Source: a virus
Virus record (IMG/VR): IMGVR_UViG_3300033148_008025
Coordinates: 57,455 to 121,454 of that record
Reading direction: 5' to 3' (one strand)
Length of the DNA: 64,000 nucleotides
Part shown: positions 25,661-36,100 of the stretch, piece after piece
How the letters are laid out: each line of letters begins with the position of its first letter
Position numbering within the stretch: position 1 is the stretch's first letter
Notes under the pieces: model-generated
The model's input: only the letters and a program-made list of their open reading frames with translations
Told to the model about the DNA's origin: nothing
Database searches by the model: none
Program-made: the position numbers and the translations under genes

Positions 25661-27703
25661 ATGGCAAGCACGCAATCAGGATCTTTGGATCGACGTCGGG
25701 GAACGGTATATCCATCACCGTTCTTTGATATCGCCCAGACATATATGCCGCCAACCGTGAAAGAACTTTTCCGGTGGTGTGCATATTTCTTTTACAAAGA
25801 TCCAATGATCGGCTCGGTGGTCACGAAGATCGCCGAGTACCCTGTTACGGACTTTGTCTACAACGCAAGCCAAAAACATGTTCGCGACGGGTGGAAAGAA
25901 ATCCTCGAAGACACGCTGAACATGAAACCGTTCCTCATAGAGGTCGGGCTAGACTACTTCGCATACGGCAATGCATTCATCAGTATCAACCTCCCATTTA
26001 CACGATGGATCCAGTGTCCCAGTTGTTCGAGTCTTTACAAACTGGAAGATGAATCCTTCAAGTTCTCGTTCAAAAATTTCGAGTTTCACTTCGAGTGCAA
26101 GGACTGTAAATCCAACGTAGTTGGGAAGATCGTCGACAATCCAATAAGAGATCGCACTGGAATCAATTTCGTCCGGTGGGACCCCAAGAACATAGACATT
26201 CACTACAATCCTATTACTGGAAAGTCTAAGTACCGGTACCAGATTCCAAACAAGATCAAGAAGGCAATCCACAAGGGTAGCCGTGAAATACTGGTCGACA
26301 TCCCAGAGATTTTCTTCATCGCGCTCAAGAAGAAAAGGGACATACAGCTATCAGACCAGAACCTTTTTCACTTCAAGCGTCCAACGCTCGCAGAGCAAGA
26401 CATGGGATGGGGGAAGCCACTAATCATCCATTCGATGGGAAGGATGTTCTACCTCTACGTTCTCAGAAGGGCTCAAGAGGCTATTGCCTTGCAACGCATA
26501 ATGCCAATGGAATTCATCTTCCCGCAGGCAAATGCTCAGCAAGACCCATATCAGCACGTAAATTTATCCTCTTGGCAGGGAAACATAGAGAACGAAATTC
26601 ACAAATGGAGGCAGGACCCCAATTACATCTCAATCGTTTCTGTTCCGCTCGGCTTTGAACGTCTTGGCGGTGATGGCAGAGCGCTTCTTCTTGGGCCTGA
26701 GATTGAAGTCACGAACAAGGAGATCACGGGTGGAATGGGAGTTCCGTTAGAATTCGTATTCGGAGGGCTGTCTTGGTCCGGATCCAGTGTTTCGCTACGA
26801 ACACTGGAAAACCACTTCCTGATGTATCGCCGACTTCTTCTTCGATTTGTAAACTGGTCAAAAAATCGAATCAGGCTGTACCTTGGACTTCCCGATATCG
26901 ACATTGGATTCACAGAATTCAAGATGGCTGATGACGTTCAGCGAAAACAAATTGTCATCCAGCTTAACGCTGCCAATAAAATCTCAGACCATACCATGCT
27001 CACAGAACTTGGATTTGATTACGACGATGAGCAGGAGATGATAGAGAAAGAGACCGATCAGCGAAACCAGATTCAGGCGATGACGATGAAGGCTCAGGCA
27101 GAAGCACAGGGTGAGTCATCCATCGTCTCCGCAAAGTATCAGGCAAGAGCGCAGGAAACTTTCCAGGAAGCACAGGGGGCGATCTCTGGCGGGCAACCTG
27201 GGCAAACAGAGCAAGCGCAGGCGCAGGTATCAGAAGGCCAGGAGCAGAACCCTGAAGAGGGCGGAGGGCAGCCTCGGCAACAACAAGGCGAACAACAACA
27301 GCCTCAGGACGGGCAACAGCAGATAACGCAAATCCCAACTTCTGCACAAGGAATCGGAAAGTCCGAGGATCAGTCCATGGCTGCACAAGCCGCTGCACAG
27401 GGTGCTGCACAGGGCCAGGCTGCCGTCGAGGGACAGGCTGGCACTCAAGCTGGCGGGACTTCTACGGACGTCAAAGACGCCGCGGGGCAGGCAAAGGAGT
27501 GGGCCAACATAATCGCCAAGAAGCCACCAGAGGAGCAGGCAAAGATTCTCGCAGAAATGGACAGAAAGTTGCCAGCCATGACAAGGCTGGTGAAACAACT
27601 TCTTGCGCAAATGGCTCCCGGAGAGACCTCGGGAGATGCCGCAAAGAAAATGAAGCCCCTTCCACAGAAGGCCCCACCCAGGCGTAACCAGGGGGTCATC
27701 TAA
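25661..27703 (+). CDS. Portal protein
   Basis: 680 aa; DPMIGSVVTKIAEYPV, DYFAYGNAFI, LFHFKR...GWGKP, EITGGMGVPLEFV portal-type motifs; CxxC-x23-CxxC insert; Gln-rich tail. Confidence 0.8.
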   Translation: MASTQSGSLDRRRGTVYPSPFFDIAQTYMPPTVKELFRWCAYFFYKDPMIGSVVTKIAEYPVTDFVYNASQKHVRDGWKEILEDTLNMKPFLIEVGLDYFAYGNAFISINLPFTRWIQCPSCSSLYKLEDESFKFSFKNFEFHFECKDCKSNVVGKIVDNPIRDRTGINFVRWDPKNIDIHYNPITGKSKYRYQIPNKIKKAIHKGSREILVDIPEIFFIALKKKRDIQLSDQNLFHFKRPTLAEQDMGWGKPLIIHSMGRMFYLYVLRRAQEAIALQRIMPMEFIFPQANAQQDPYQHVNLSSWQGNIENEIHKWRQDPNYISIVSVPLGFERLGGDGRALLLGPEIEVTNKEITGGMGVPLEFVFGGLSWSGSSVSLRTLENHFLMYRRLLLRFVNWSKNRIRLYLGLPDIDIGFTEFKMADDVQRKQIVIQLNAANKISDHTMLTELGFDYDDEQEMIEKETDQRNQIQAMTMKAQAEAQGESSIVSAKYQARAQETFQEAQGAISGGQPGQTEQAQAQVSEGQEQNPEEGGGQPRQQQGEQQQPQDGQQQITQIPTSAQGIGKSEDQSMAAQAAAQGAAQGQAAVEGQAGTQAGGTSTDVKDAAGQAKEWANIIAKKPPEEQAKILAEMDRKLPAMTRLVKQLLAQMAPGETSGDAAKKMKPLPQKAPPRRNQGVI

Positions 27704-28050
27704 TGGCTAAGGCTACCCCTGTTCCGTTCGGAGGAAACTCCACCGACCACGGTGAGTTTCATTCTGAAAAATTCAACATCTTCGAAGAAGAGGATATGGT
27801 GCAATACTCAGCTCTTCGAACCAAAGCAAATGACGCTTCCTCCGGGGTTGTCATAGAACAAATCCGAGAGTACACACGAAAGACTACTGAACGAGAAGGT
27901 AGCGGTGAAGACGTGTCTGTCATCACAACAGAAGACATCTACCTGGTAGTGCAGTATTGGAAAAAGAAACCGAAACGGAAAAATGGAGAATCTGATGATG
28001 AAATCAACAAAGCAAAAAAAAGCTGGTCGACTGAGCGCACTACGAGTTAG
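27703..28050 (+). CDS. Hypothetical protein
   Basis: 115 aa; TAATG overlap with the portal stop. Confidence 0.6.
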   Translation: MAKATPVPFGGNSTDHGEFHSEKFNIFEEEDMVQYSALRTKANDASSGVVIEQIREYTRKTTEREGSGEDVSVITTEDIYLVVQYWKKKPKRKNGESDDEINKAKKSWSTERTTS

Positions 28051-28645
28051 CGCACTCGCAGTTTTTGCAACACTTGCAATCGGAGTTTCAACTCCAGTGT
28101 TCGCACAACAATTTGACGCAGGCGAAGTTTCCGCTGAGCTGGCAATTGCAAGCGACGCAATGCCAGCCCCCGCCGTATCACTGGAGGTAGCCTCTCTGGT
28201 CACACCAGGCCCAGAGCTACCCACCTCGGAAGATCAGGCGGATGCGCGAACCTCCCTTGATAAACTCAGTAGCGAACTTCTGAACATCTTGGTTCCAACA
28301 TTTGTCTTGCTCATCGGAGCGCTGGCAACGGCACTACTGAATTGGACCCGAAAGCGTTTCAAGCTCGATGTTAGCGACAGGCAAATTTACCATTGGTCCA
28401 CAATCGCAGAAATGGCAGGAGACAGGGCTGCAGAGTGGGCGCGAAACAAAGCAAAAGACCTGACTGAAGGAGAAACTGTGCCTGGCCCAGAACTTCTAGA
28501 GGTAGCTGCAAACTGGGGCATTGACTATGGGATTGCTCAAGGACTCCCGGAAATTGGTCGAAGAAAATTCGAAGGCTTAGTTGAGAGCCAGCTTCACGTC
28601 AAACGTATCAGTCTTATCGCCGACATCCAGGTAGATGAAAGCTGA
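27995..28645 (+). CDS. Membrane protein, LL-H-family holin-like with N-terminal signal-like segment
   Basis: Hydrophobic N-segment (LAVFATLAIGVSTPVFA), second TM (ILVPTFVLLIGALATALL), C-domain IAEMAGDRAAEW...GPELLEVA...LVESQL resembling LL-H holins; GGAG RBS before ATG 27995. Confidence 0.5.
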   Translation: MMKSTKQKKAGRLSALRVSALAVFATLAIGVSTPVFAQQFDAGEVSAELAIASDAMPAPAVSLEVASLVTPGPELPTSEDQADARTSLDKLSSELLNILVPTFVLLIGALATALLNWTRKRFKLDVSDRQIYHWSTIAEMAGDRAAEWARNKAKDLTEGETVPGPELLEVAANWGIDYGIAQGLPEIGRRKFEGLVESQLHVKRISLIADIQVDES

Positions 28646-29072
28646 ACAACCAGCACCCGATCCCGCGAAGCTCCTAAAGGAGATCAAAGATTTTCTTGTC
28701 AAAAAAAGTGAGCCGTCGACTAACTCGGGTGGCCGCAGAAGCAAGTCATGGCTCTGGGCGATTATCATCCCACTGATCGTTATTGCTGGGATTGCGGTAT
28801 ATTCCTGGACCGCTTTTCGGCGGAATCGGGAGCTTGCCAAACTTCGCCATGAAAAGTTTAAGCTAGACTTCAGAAAAGAACAGGTCGAACTGTTCGTCGA
28901 ATTCAACAAAAACTCATCAAAAATCGAAGAAGCAGGCAGAGAGCTTGCCCTGTCCAGGGATAGGGTAAGAAGCATCGACGCGGACATCTCAGCTCTGGAG
29001 AAAAAACATGAAGCAGATCTTGCTGCTATTGACAGTATTCGCTCTTGGGACGAAGCCGACATACGCAGATAA
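28635..29072 (+). CDS. i-spanin-like protein (TM + coiled coil)
   Basis: 145 aa; one TM (WLWAIIIPLIVIAGIAVYSW) followed by a long heptad coil; overlaps the next gene. Confidence 0.55.
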   Translation: MKAEQPAPDPAKLLKEIKDFLVKKSEPSTNSGGRRSKSWLWAIIIPLIVIAGIAVYSWTAFRRNRELAKLRHEKFKLDFRKEQVELFVEFNKNSSKIEEAGRELALSRDRVRSIDADISALEKKHEADLAAIDSIRSWDEADIRR

Positions 29073-29472
29073 TACAAAGCCGGCTGCGGGGCTAACCGTT
29101 ATTCCCGACTGTACACTGAAGAAAATCGGCAACGAAGTCTTCTGCGTTCACTCACTCGAGGAGTGGAAAAAAGTGATGAAGGCCGACCTTGAAATTGTCT
29201 ATCTTCGTGAACAGCTAAAAAATTACGAAAGACGCTCTGCCGCTCTGACCCAGCAGGTGAGACTGCTTACAGGCCAGAGGGATGTGTACGCTGAAAGCCA
29301 GGGGCTGATCCTGGGCAGGAATGAAGACATCTCGAATCGGCTCATTGAGATGAATCGAAAGTATGAAAATGAGAGAGCCAAGCCGTCCTTCGGCCCTCCC
29401 GTTGCATGGACAATTTCTGCAGTATCTGCCTCTATTCTTGCCGGGTTTATACTCAAAGAACAAATGGACTAA
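29008..29472 (+). CDS. o-spanin-like overlapping partner (signal peptide, coiled coil, C-terminal TM)
   Basis: 154 aa; starts 65 nt inside the upstream gene with GGAG RBS; signal peptide MKQILLLLTVFALGTKPTYA; two Cys; C-terminal hydrophobic helix. Confidence 0.45.
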   Translation: MKQILLLLTVFALGTKPTYADNTKPAAGLTVIPDCTLKKIGNEVFCVHSLEEWKKVMKADLEIVYLREQLKNYERRSAALTQQVRLLTGQRDVYAESQGLILGRNEDISNRLIEMNRKYENERAKPSFGPPVAWTISAVSASILAGFILKEQMD

Positions 29473-30002
29473 CAGGGGTAGCGGTCGAGCACGCTTCTTT
29501 GCTGTGACGGCACTCCTTGGGGCTGAGACGGGTAGTGCGGTGGTGGAGCTCCCAGTGGTATCCCGTAGCCCGCCGGACCCTGCTGGGGCTGCTGATGCTG
29601 CTGGCTAGGGGGGAACCCAAGTGGTGAGCTTCTAGCATGGTTTGGCATAGACGGATTTCCTGTCATTGTGCCAAGTGCTGCTATTGGGAGAATCGGTAAT
29701 CCGCTTCCTTCCCACTTTCCTAGGAAGTGTTGGTAAACCATGGACCCTGCCGCGAGCATGAATGCCCAGGCGCAGGCCGCGAAAAATGTTCGCATCCCAC
29801 TGCCAACAGGTGTCTGATTGACGGCCCCTGTGGTGGGGGGGACAAGCCCAGAATTATCTGTGATAAATCCTGAGGCTGGGACTGCAGCGGCTGCAACTGC
29901 AAGAAAACCCAGGTCTGACAGTGTTGGCCCTTTCTTCTTTGCTGTAACTCTTCGCTTTTTGGTGGGGAAGCTGTTCTTTGCTAGAACGATGTAACAAATC
30001 AT
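29469..30002 (-). CDS. Hypothetical membrane protein with Pro/Gln-rich tail (minus-strand island 2)
   Basis: 177 aa; hydrophobic segments; convergent with the spanin-like gene; start uncertain. Confidence 0.5.
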   Translation of the reverse strand: MICYIVLAKNSFPTKKRRVTAKKKGPTLSDLGFLAVAAAAVPASGFITDNSGLVPPTTGAVNQTPVGSGMRTFFAACAWAFMLAAGSMVYQHFLGKWEGSGLPILPIAALGTMTGNPSMPNHARSSPLGFPPSQQHQQPQQGPAGYGIPLGAPPPHYPSQPQGVPSQQRSVLDRYPC

Positions 30003-30038
30003 TGATTTTCCTATTAGCGGTAGTCGGCGGTTTAATCT

Positions 30039-30047
30039 TGGTACTAT
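30039..30047 (+). promoter_or_regulatory. Extended -10 element TGGTACTAT upstream of the RNA polymerase gene
   Basis: TGn-TACTAT in the divergent intergenic region; no canonical -35 seen. Confidence 0.4.
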
Positions 30048-30094
30048 TTTCTACGTCTTGTAGAAACGTGGTGGGCGTAATTCATCCTTGATGC

Positions 30095-30103
30095 CCTTAT
30101 GCC
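30095..30103 (-). promoter_or_regulatory. GGCATAAGG motif (copy 1 of 3 exact)
   Basis: Exact 9-mer, intergenic, upstream of minus-strand gene 29469-30002. Confidence 0.5.
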
Positions 30104-30115
30104 AAGACAATGTAG

Positions 30116-33100
30116 GTGCCGACTATGGAAAGCTTCGATTACCAGGACCAGTTCAACAGGGTTAAGAAGGATGTTATTGCATCCGTGACCAAGGCTCTCG
30201 ATATCCAATCTGCTGGTGCAAACCGCAAAATGGTTGTCCATAAAGTATGGATCGATGACAACAAAAACCCAGCAGACTGGGAGTCTCAAAAGCAGGCCGT
30301 ACGAAAAGATAAGACTTGGGGAGTACCTGTCTATGCAACCGTTGATCTCATTGACCGAAAGACCGGAGCGGTTCTTTCCTCTGAGGAAAGGATCAAGGTA
30401 GCCACACTTCCGAGGCCCACGAACCTCGGGAGTTTCATCATCGACGGAAAACACTATCAGGTTCAGTCTCAGCTTCGCCGCAAACCTGGTGTCTACACCG
30501 TTCAGAAGCGAAACAAACAACTCAAGACTGAGGTGAACATCCAGAAGCGCCCATTTGATATCGATATGGATCCGGAAACTCAGATCTTCAAAATGAAGAA
30601 AGCGGGTTCCGACCAGGCGTTTGCCTTGTATCCGATTCTCTCTAGGCTTGGAATCTCAGATGTGGCAATGGCTCGAAGATGGGGCAAAGACGTTCTCGAG
30701 GCAAACAAATCAATCAAGCCGAAGAACGCCGAGGTCTCAGTAAGAAAGGCTGCGTTGTTCTTTACTGGAAGCAACTTTGATTCTGCCGAGGACGCAGCAA
30801 ATGCAATAAAGGAGTACTTTCAGGATACCGAAATAAAGCCAGAGGTGACCAAGTCAACCCTCGGAAAAGCGTATACGAAGGTTACGCCCGACCTCTTGCT
30901 AAGAGGATCAGAAGAGCTTCTTCGGGCAAACAGGGGAGAGCGCGAAGCGGATGACAGGCAAGCTCTTGAGTTCAAGAAAGTTCTCGGAATGAGCGACCTG
31001 ATGAGAGAGAGAATGCTCCAAAGCGATGGGCAACTAGCTGGTGCCATGTCCAAAGTAAGAGGCGGAATCTCCAGGAAAATCAACAACCGAAAGAAACCTG
31101 TCTCGGAAATCTCCAAACTCATAAAGACGAACGAGTTCACGCCGTTCTTCAACTCTTTTTTTAGCCAATCTTCGCTATCAAACATCACAGACCAAACTAA
31201 TCCGATCACCATGCTGAACGGAACCGCCAAGATCACCGTACTCGGGGAAGGGGGGGTAATGGATGCCACCAGAGTTCGAGGCGAAGAGAGAGCTGTACAC
31301 CCATCTCAGATGGGATTTATAGATCCGATCCATACGCCCGACTCTGGAAACATTGGACTGGTAATGAACCTTCCACTTGGAGTCACCAAGAATGGGGAGA
31401 ATCTACAAACAAAGGTGATAGATCCGATAACTAAAAAAATCAGATCGATTACCCCGAGTGAAGCAAGAAACATGGTCGTAGCTTTCCCGGATCAGTATTC
31501 AAAGAAGACTGGAAAGTTCCTGGGAGACAAAGTCAGAGCATTTGTGAATGGGCAATTTGAGAACGTGTCGCCAGACAGGGTTGATGTCGTTCTTGCTAGC
31601 CCAAAGCAAGCATTCTCAATTGCATCAAATACCATCCCGTTCCTTCCTGCGGCACAGGGCGTTAGAGCGCAGATGGCAACCAAGATGCTTGAGCAGGCAA
31701 TTCCTCTCTCGGAAAGAGAAGCTCCTTTGGTCCAGGTTGGACTTGGTAGAAGCACTATCGAGAAAAGCATAGGAGAGGGGTTCTCTGTCCAGGCGCTGGA
31801 CGACGGAATCATAGAGAAAGTCGAAGACGGCAAGATCACGATAAAGACCAAGGATGGAAAGGTGGAGCAAAAACTCTACACGAATATCCCGCTAAACAAA
31901 AAAGCGTTTCTGACGTCAACCTCGACAGTCAAAGAGGGGGATGCCGTCAAAAAGGGAGACGTTATCGCTGACTCGAATTTCACGAAAGATGGTCAGCTTG
32001 CACTTGGAACAAACCTTCGAGCAGCCTACATCCCATACAAGGGATACAACTTCGAAGATGGAATTGTAATCACTGAGAGCGCGGCAAAAAAACTTACCAG
32101 CGAGCACATGAACGAGTTTGCATCATCCATAGAAAAAGGAATGGAGGTCTCACTTAAAGACTACATGGCATGGAAGGGTGGGGGGCTCGACCTCAGCCAG
32201 CGACGAAAACTTGACAAGGATGGGGTCATCAAAATTGGCGAAACTGTTCACAAGGGCGATGCACTTTGGGTCGGAACAAGGGAGAATAAGTATGACCCAG
32301 ACTATATCGCAGCCAAGAAAATGAATCCCAACCAAGATCCTAAGAAGGCCTACAGGGAGGAGTGGACAAAGGATGGGTTAGGGGAAGTTGTCGACGTAGT
32401 CAAAAGCAACGGTAAGATCAAGGTTTACGTGAAGTCTAAGGAGGCTGCGGTCATAGGTGATAAGCTCACAAATCGTCACGGCGGAAAAGGAATTGTAACC
32501 AAAATTATCCCGGACGGAGAAGCACCTTATACAGCAGACGGAAGAGCTGTCGATATCCTGCTCAACCCTCACGGCGTCGTGAGCAGAATCAATCCTTCCC
32601 AGATCCTCGAAACAGCAGCAGCCAAAATTGCCGACCTCGAAGGCAAGCCGTATGTTGTCGAAAACTTTTCCGGCGAAAATTACACGGAGTCTGTAACGAA
32701 AGCTGTCAAGAAGGCAGGCATCTCAGATACTGAAACCCTGTATGACCCGCACACAAAGAAAGCACTCGGTGATGTTCTTGTTGGCCCCCAGTACACCCTG
32801 AAGCTTTCAAAGCAGGCAACGTCTCAGTTCTCTGCACGCTCTGAGGGGAAGTACGATGCAGATCTTGCTCCGCTCAAGGGTGGAGAAGATGGTGCAAAAG
32901 CCCTCGACATGTTGACGTTCTACTCGATGCTTTCGCATGGCGCTCGTTCAAACATTAGGGAGATGGCAACATACAAAGCAACCGAGAACAAAGAGTTCTG
33001 GCGATGGGTCGAGAGAGGGGCCTCGTCCGGAATGATTACGCCTCCGCCAGAACCAACTCTTGCATACAAGAAGTTCGAAGCCTACATGAAGGGCGCCGGT

Positions 33101-36100
33101 GTCAACATGGAACGACGTGGGTCAAAGATGGTGCTTGGGCCAATGACCGACGAGATGACAGACAAGATCAGTAATGGGAAAGTTCGAGATGCAACATTCC
33201 TTCGAGCGAAAGATCTGAAGTACGAGCGCGGCGGACTGATGGATCCAAACATATTCGGCCAAGGCGACAAGTGGGGACACATCGAACTTGCCGAATCCAT
33301 TCCAAATCCAGTCTTTGAAAAACCAATCAAAGTACTCACCGGCATAGATGACAGAACATTCAAGGCAGTGGTCAAAGGCGAAAGATTCTTAGACCCTAAA
33401 ACCAATGAGTGGAATGAAAAGAAAGGGCTTACTGGTGGCGAAGCCATCTCTCATTTACTGAAGCAGGTTGACGTAGATAAAGAAATTGCCATCTGGACAG
33501 ACAAAGCAAAAGGAGCGGCCTACAAAAAAAGGAAGGACGGGACTCGAACGGAGGACGAACTGAACACTGCCAATAAAAGGCTTCGCTATCTTCATGCCCT
33601 CAAGAAACTAAACATGTCCCCGGACAAGGCTTACATCCAAAAGAAAATTCCAGTTGTCCCAACGCAGTTTAGGAAGATCATCGAAATGGAGGGAGGCAAC
33701 CTCTCCAACGCCGGACTCAACTCTCTGTACCGAGATGTTGGTTTGATTAGCGACCAGCTCAAGTGGCAGAAAACCGTCGACTACATGCCCGAGTCCGTAA
33801 AGGCGGAGCTTAGGGAGAATCTGTACGGAAGTGTGAAGGCCGTAGCTGGACTCGGAGAGCAGGTGAGGCGAGGAGGAAGTCAGAAAGCTGACAAGCGTCC
33901 AAGGGGCATCATCGAACAACTAAAAGGAAAGAAAGCAAAAGAAGGGTTCTTTCAGCGGAAGGTTTTGCGCAGAACGCAGAACCTCGTCGGGAGAGGAACG
34001 ATCATTCCAGATCCGAAGCTCGGGGTTGACGAGGTCGGCCTCCCGAAAGAAATGTCCTGGACACTGTTCGAGAAGTTTGTAACTCGACGCCTAGTCAATA
34101 GTGGGTACAAACCGAATGATGCAATCGAGGCAGTAAACAATCGAACCCCTGCAGCACTATCTGCCCTGCAAGCGGAGATGGAAAGCAGGCCGGTAATGCT
34201 CAACAGGGCACCGTCACTCCATAAGTTCTCTATCCAATCGTTCAAACCAAGAATGGTCGATGGAAAAGCGATCAAGATCCCTCCACTCATTGTCGGAGGC
34301 TTCAACGCCGACTTCGATGGAGACGCAATGACTGTGCACGTTCCAGTACTCAGCGACTCAGTGGCCGAGGCTAAGAAGATGCTCCCATCTAGGAACCTGT
34401 ACAGTCCCGGAACTGGCGACATCATGATCAAACCCCAGAATGAAGCCGCCCTAGGGCTGTATCAGATGTCAATCGATCCAAAGCTCAAGGGGAAGATCTT
34501 AGAAGAACTTCCCGAGAAGACCAGAGCCAAATTCGAAAACCGTCCACTCGATAAGAAGGGGCTTGGAGATCTGATGAAGAGCCTCGCAATCGAAAGTCCG
34601 GATGGGCATGGTGCGGTTGTCGACAAGCTCAAGCTTATGGGTGACGACCACACATACAAGACTGGATTCACAGTCAGCCTGAAAGACTTGTCCCCGGTTC
34701 TTCCTGAGAGGAATGCAATATTCGCAAGAACGAAAAAAGACCTAGCGGGAATTGATACTAAAACCAGGAAAGGAAGAGAGGAAGCATCTGCTTTAATTTC
34801 CGCCGCAGACAAAGAACTGGAAGCCGTCTTAGCCAGTCGCCTCGATGAGCAAGGAAACAGTTTTCGACTAATGGTGAGATCTGGCGCTCGAGGGAACATG
34901 CAGCAGCTCAAGCAGATCCTATCTGCTCCGTTTGCCGTTCCAGACCATAGGGGGCAAGTGCTGGCAGAACCGATTACAACATCCTTTGCCGAAGGGCTGC
35001 CATTCTCGGATTACTGGAACACGCTATATGGGGCGAGGGCTGTTGCAACGGATAAGCAACTCCAAACCCAATTGCCGGGGGCATTCAACAAAGACATCAT
35101 GGCCTCTTCCGTTACCAACGTGATCTCCGGCGCGGATTGTGGGGTTAATCGAGGAGTGAAGATTTCACTCAAGAGTAAAATCGATGACGCAGAAGATCGT
35201 TACCTGGCCAAGGACATAAGTGTTGGCGGAACAGTTGTTGCCAGAGCGGGAACGCTTATGAGTACTGGACTGCTCAACACGCTGCGAGACCGAAAAGTCG
35301 ACAACGTGGAAGTTCGCTCTCCACTCACCTGTAATAAGCCGAAGGGTACATGCGCAAAATGCTTTGGACTCAACGAGAGTGGAAATCTATCTCAGATTGG
35401 GGACAACATTGGAGCTACCGCCGGCCAGGCTCTGTCTGAACCATTGACCCAGATGACACTGAGAACCTTCCACCAGGGAGGTGTTGCTGGAGGGCGAGGT
35501 GTTGTGAGCGGATACGACAAAATCGACAAGCTCTTTAAGATGCCAAAGATCAAAAGAGGAAAAGCCACCCTTGCCAAAAGTGATGGAGTCATTGAAAGCG
35601 TAAAAAATGCACCTGGTCGAACAGGGAAAAACATCAAAATCAGTGGCTATAGAAAAACTCATTTTGTTGAAAACGATCTGTGGAACAGCAACAAAGCTCG
35701 CGTTGGGAAGAATGTTTTCAAGGGGGACATCCTCTCCGACGGACTTGTTCAGCCACAGGAACTCGTCGAATTAAAAGGAATGCAGAGTGCACAAGAATAC
35801 CTTGTCGATGAGATTCAAGATGCCTACGGATCTCAGGGAGTGAAGCTGAAAAGAAAGACTGTAGAAACAGTAATCAGGGCAGTTGCGAACACCACAAAGA
35901 TCCACGACGCAGGCGACAGCAACTTCCTCATCGGCGATGTTGCACCATGGACGGTTGTGGAGGATTACAACCGGAGATCTCTAGGTAAAAAAGGACTCGA
36001 TGAGATTATCGGACTTGCCCTCAAAGAGGACGTTCCTGGCATCAGAAAGAATACGATTATCTCCGAGAAAATTCGAAGCACGCTGGAGCGCATGGGCAAA

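Noticed and set aside
30047-30066. TTTCTAC-GTCTT-GTAGAAA hairpin as a terminator
   Set aside because: AT-rich 7-bp stem with no U-tract, between divergent genes where no terminator is needed; could be an operator, but nothing supports it.
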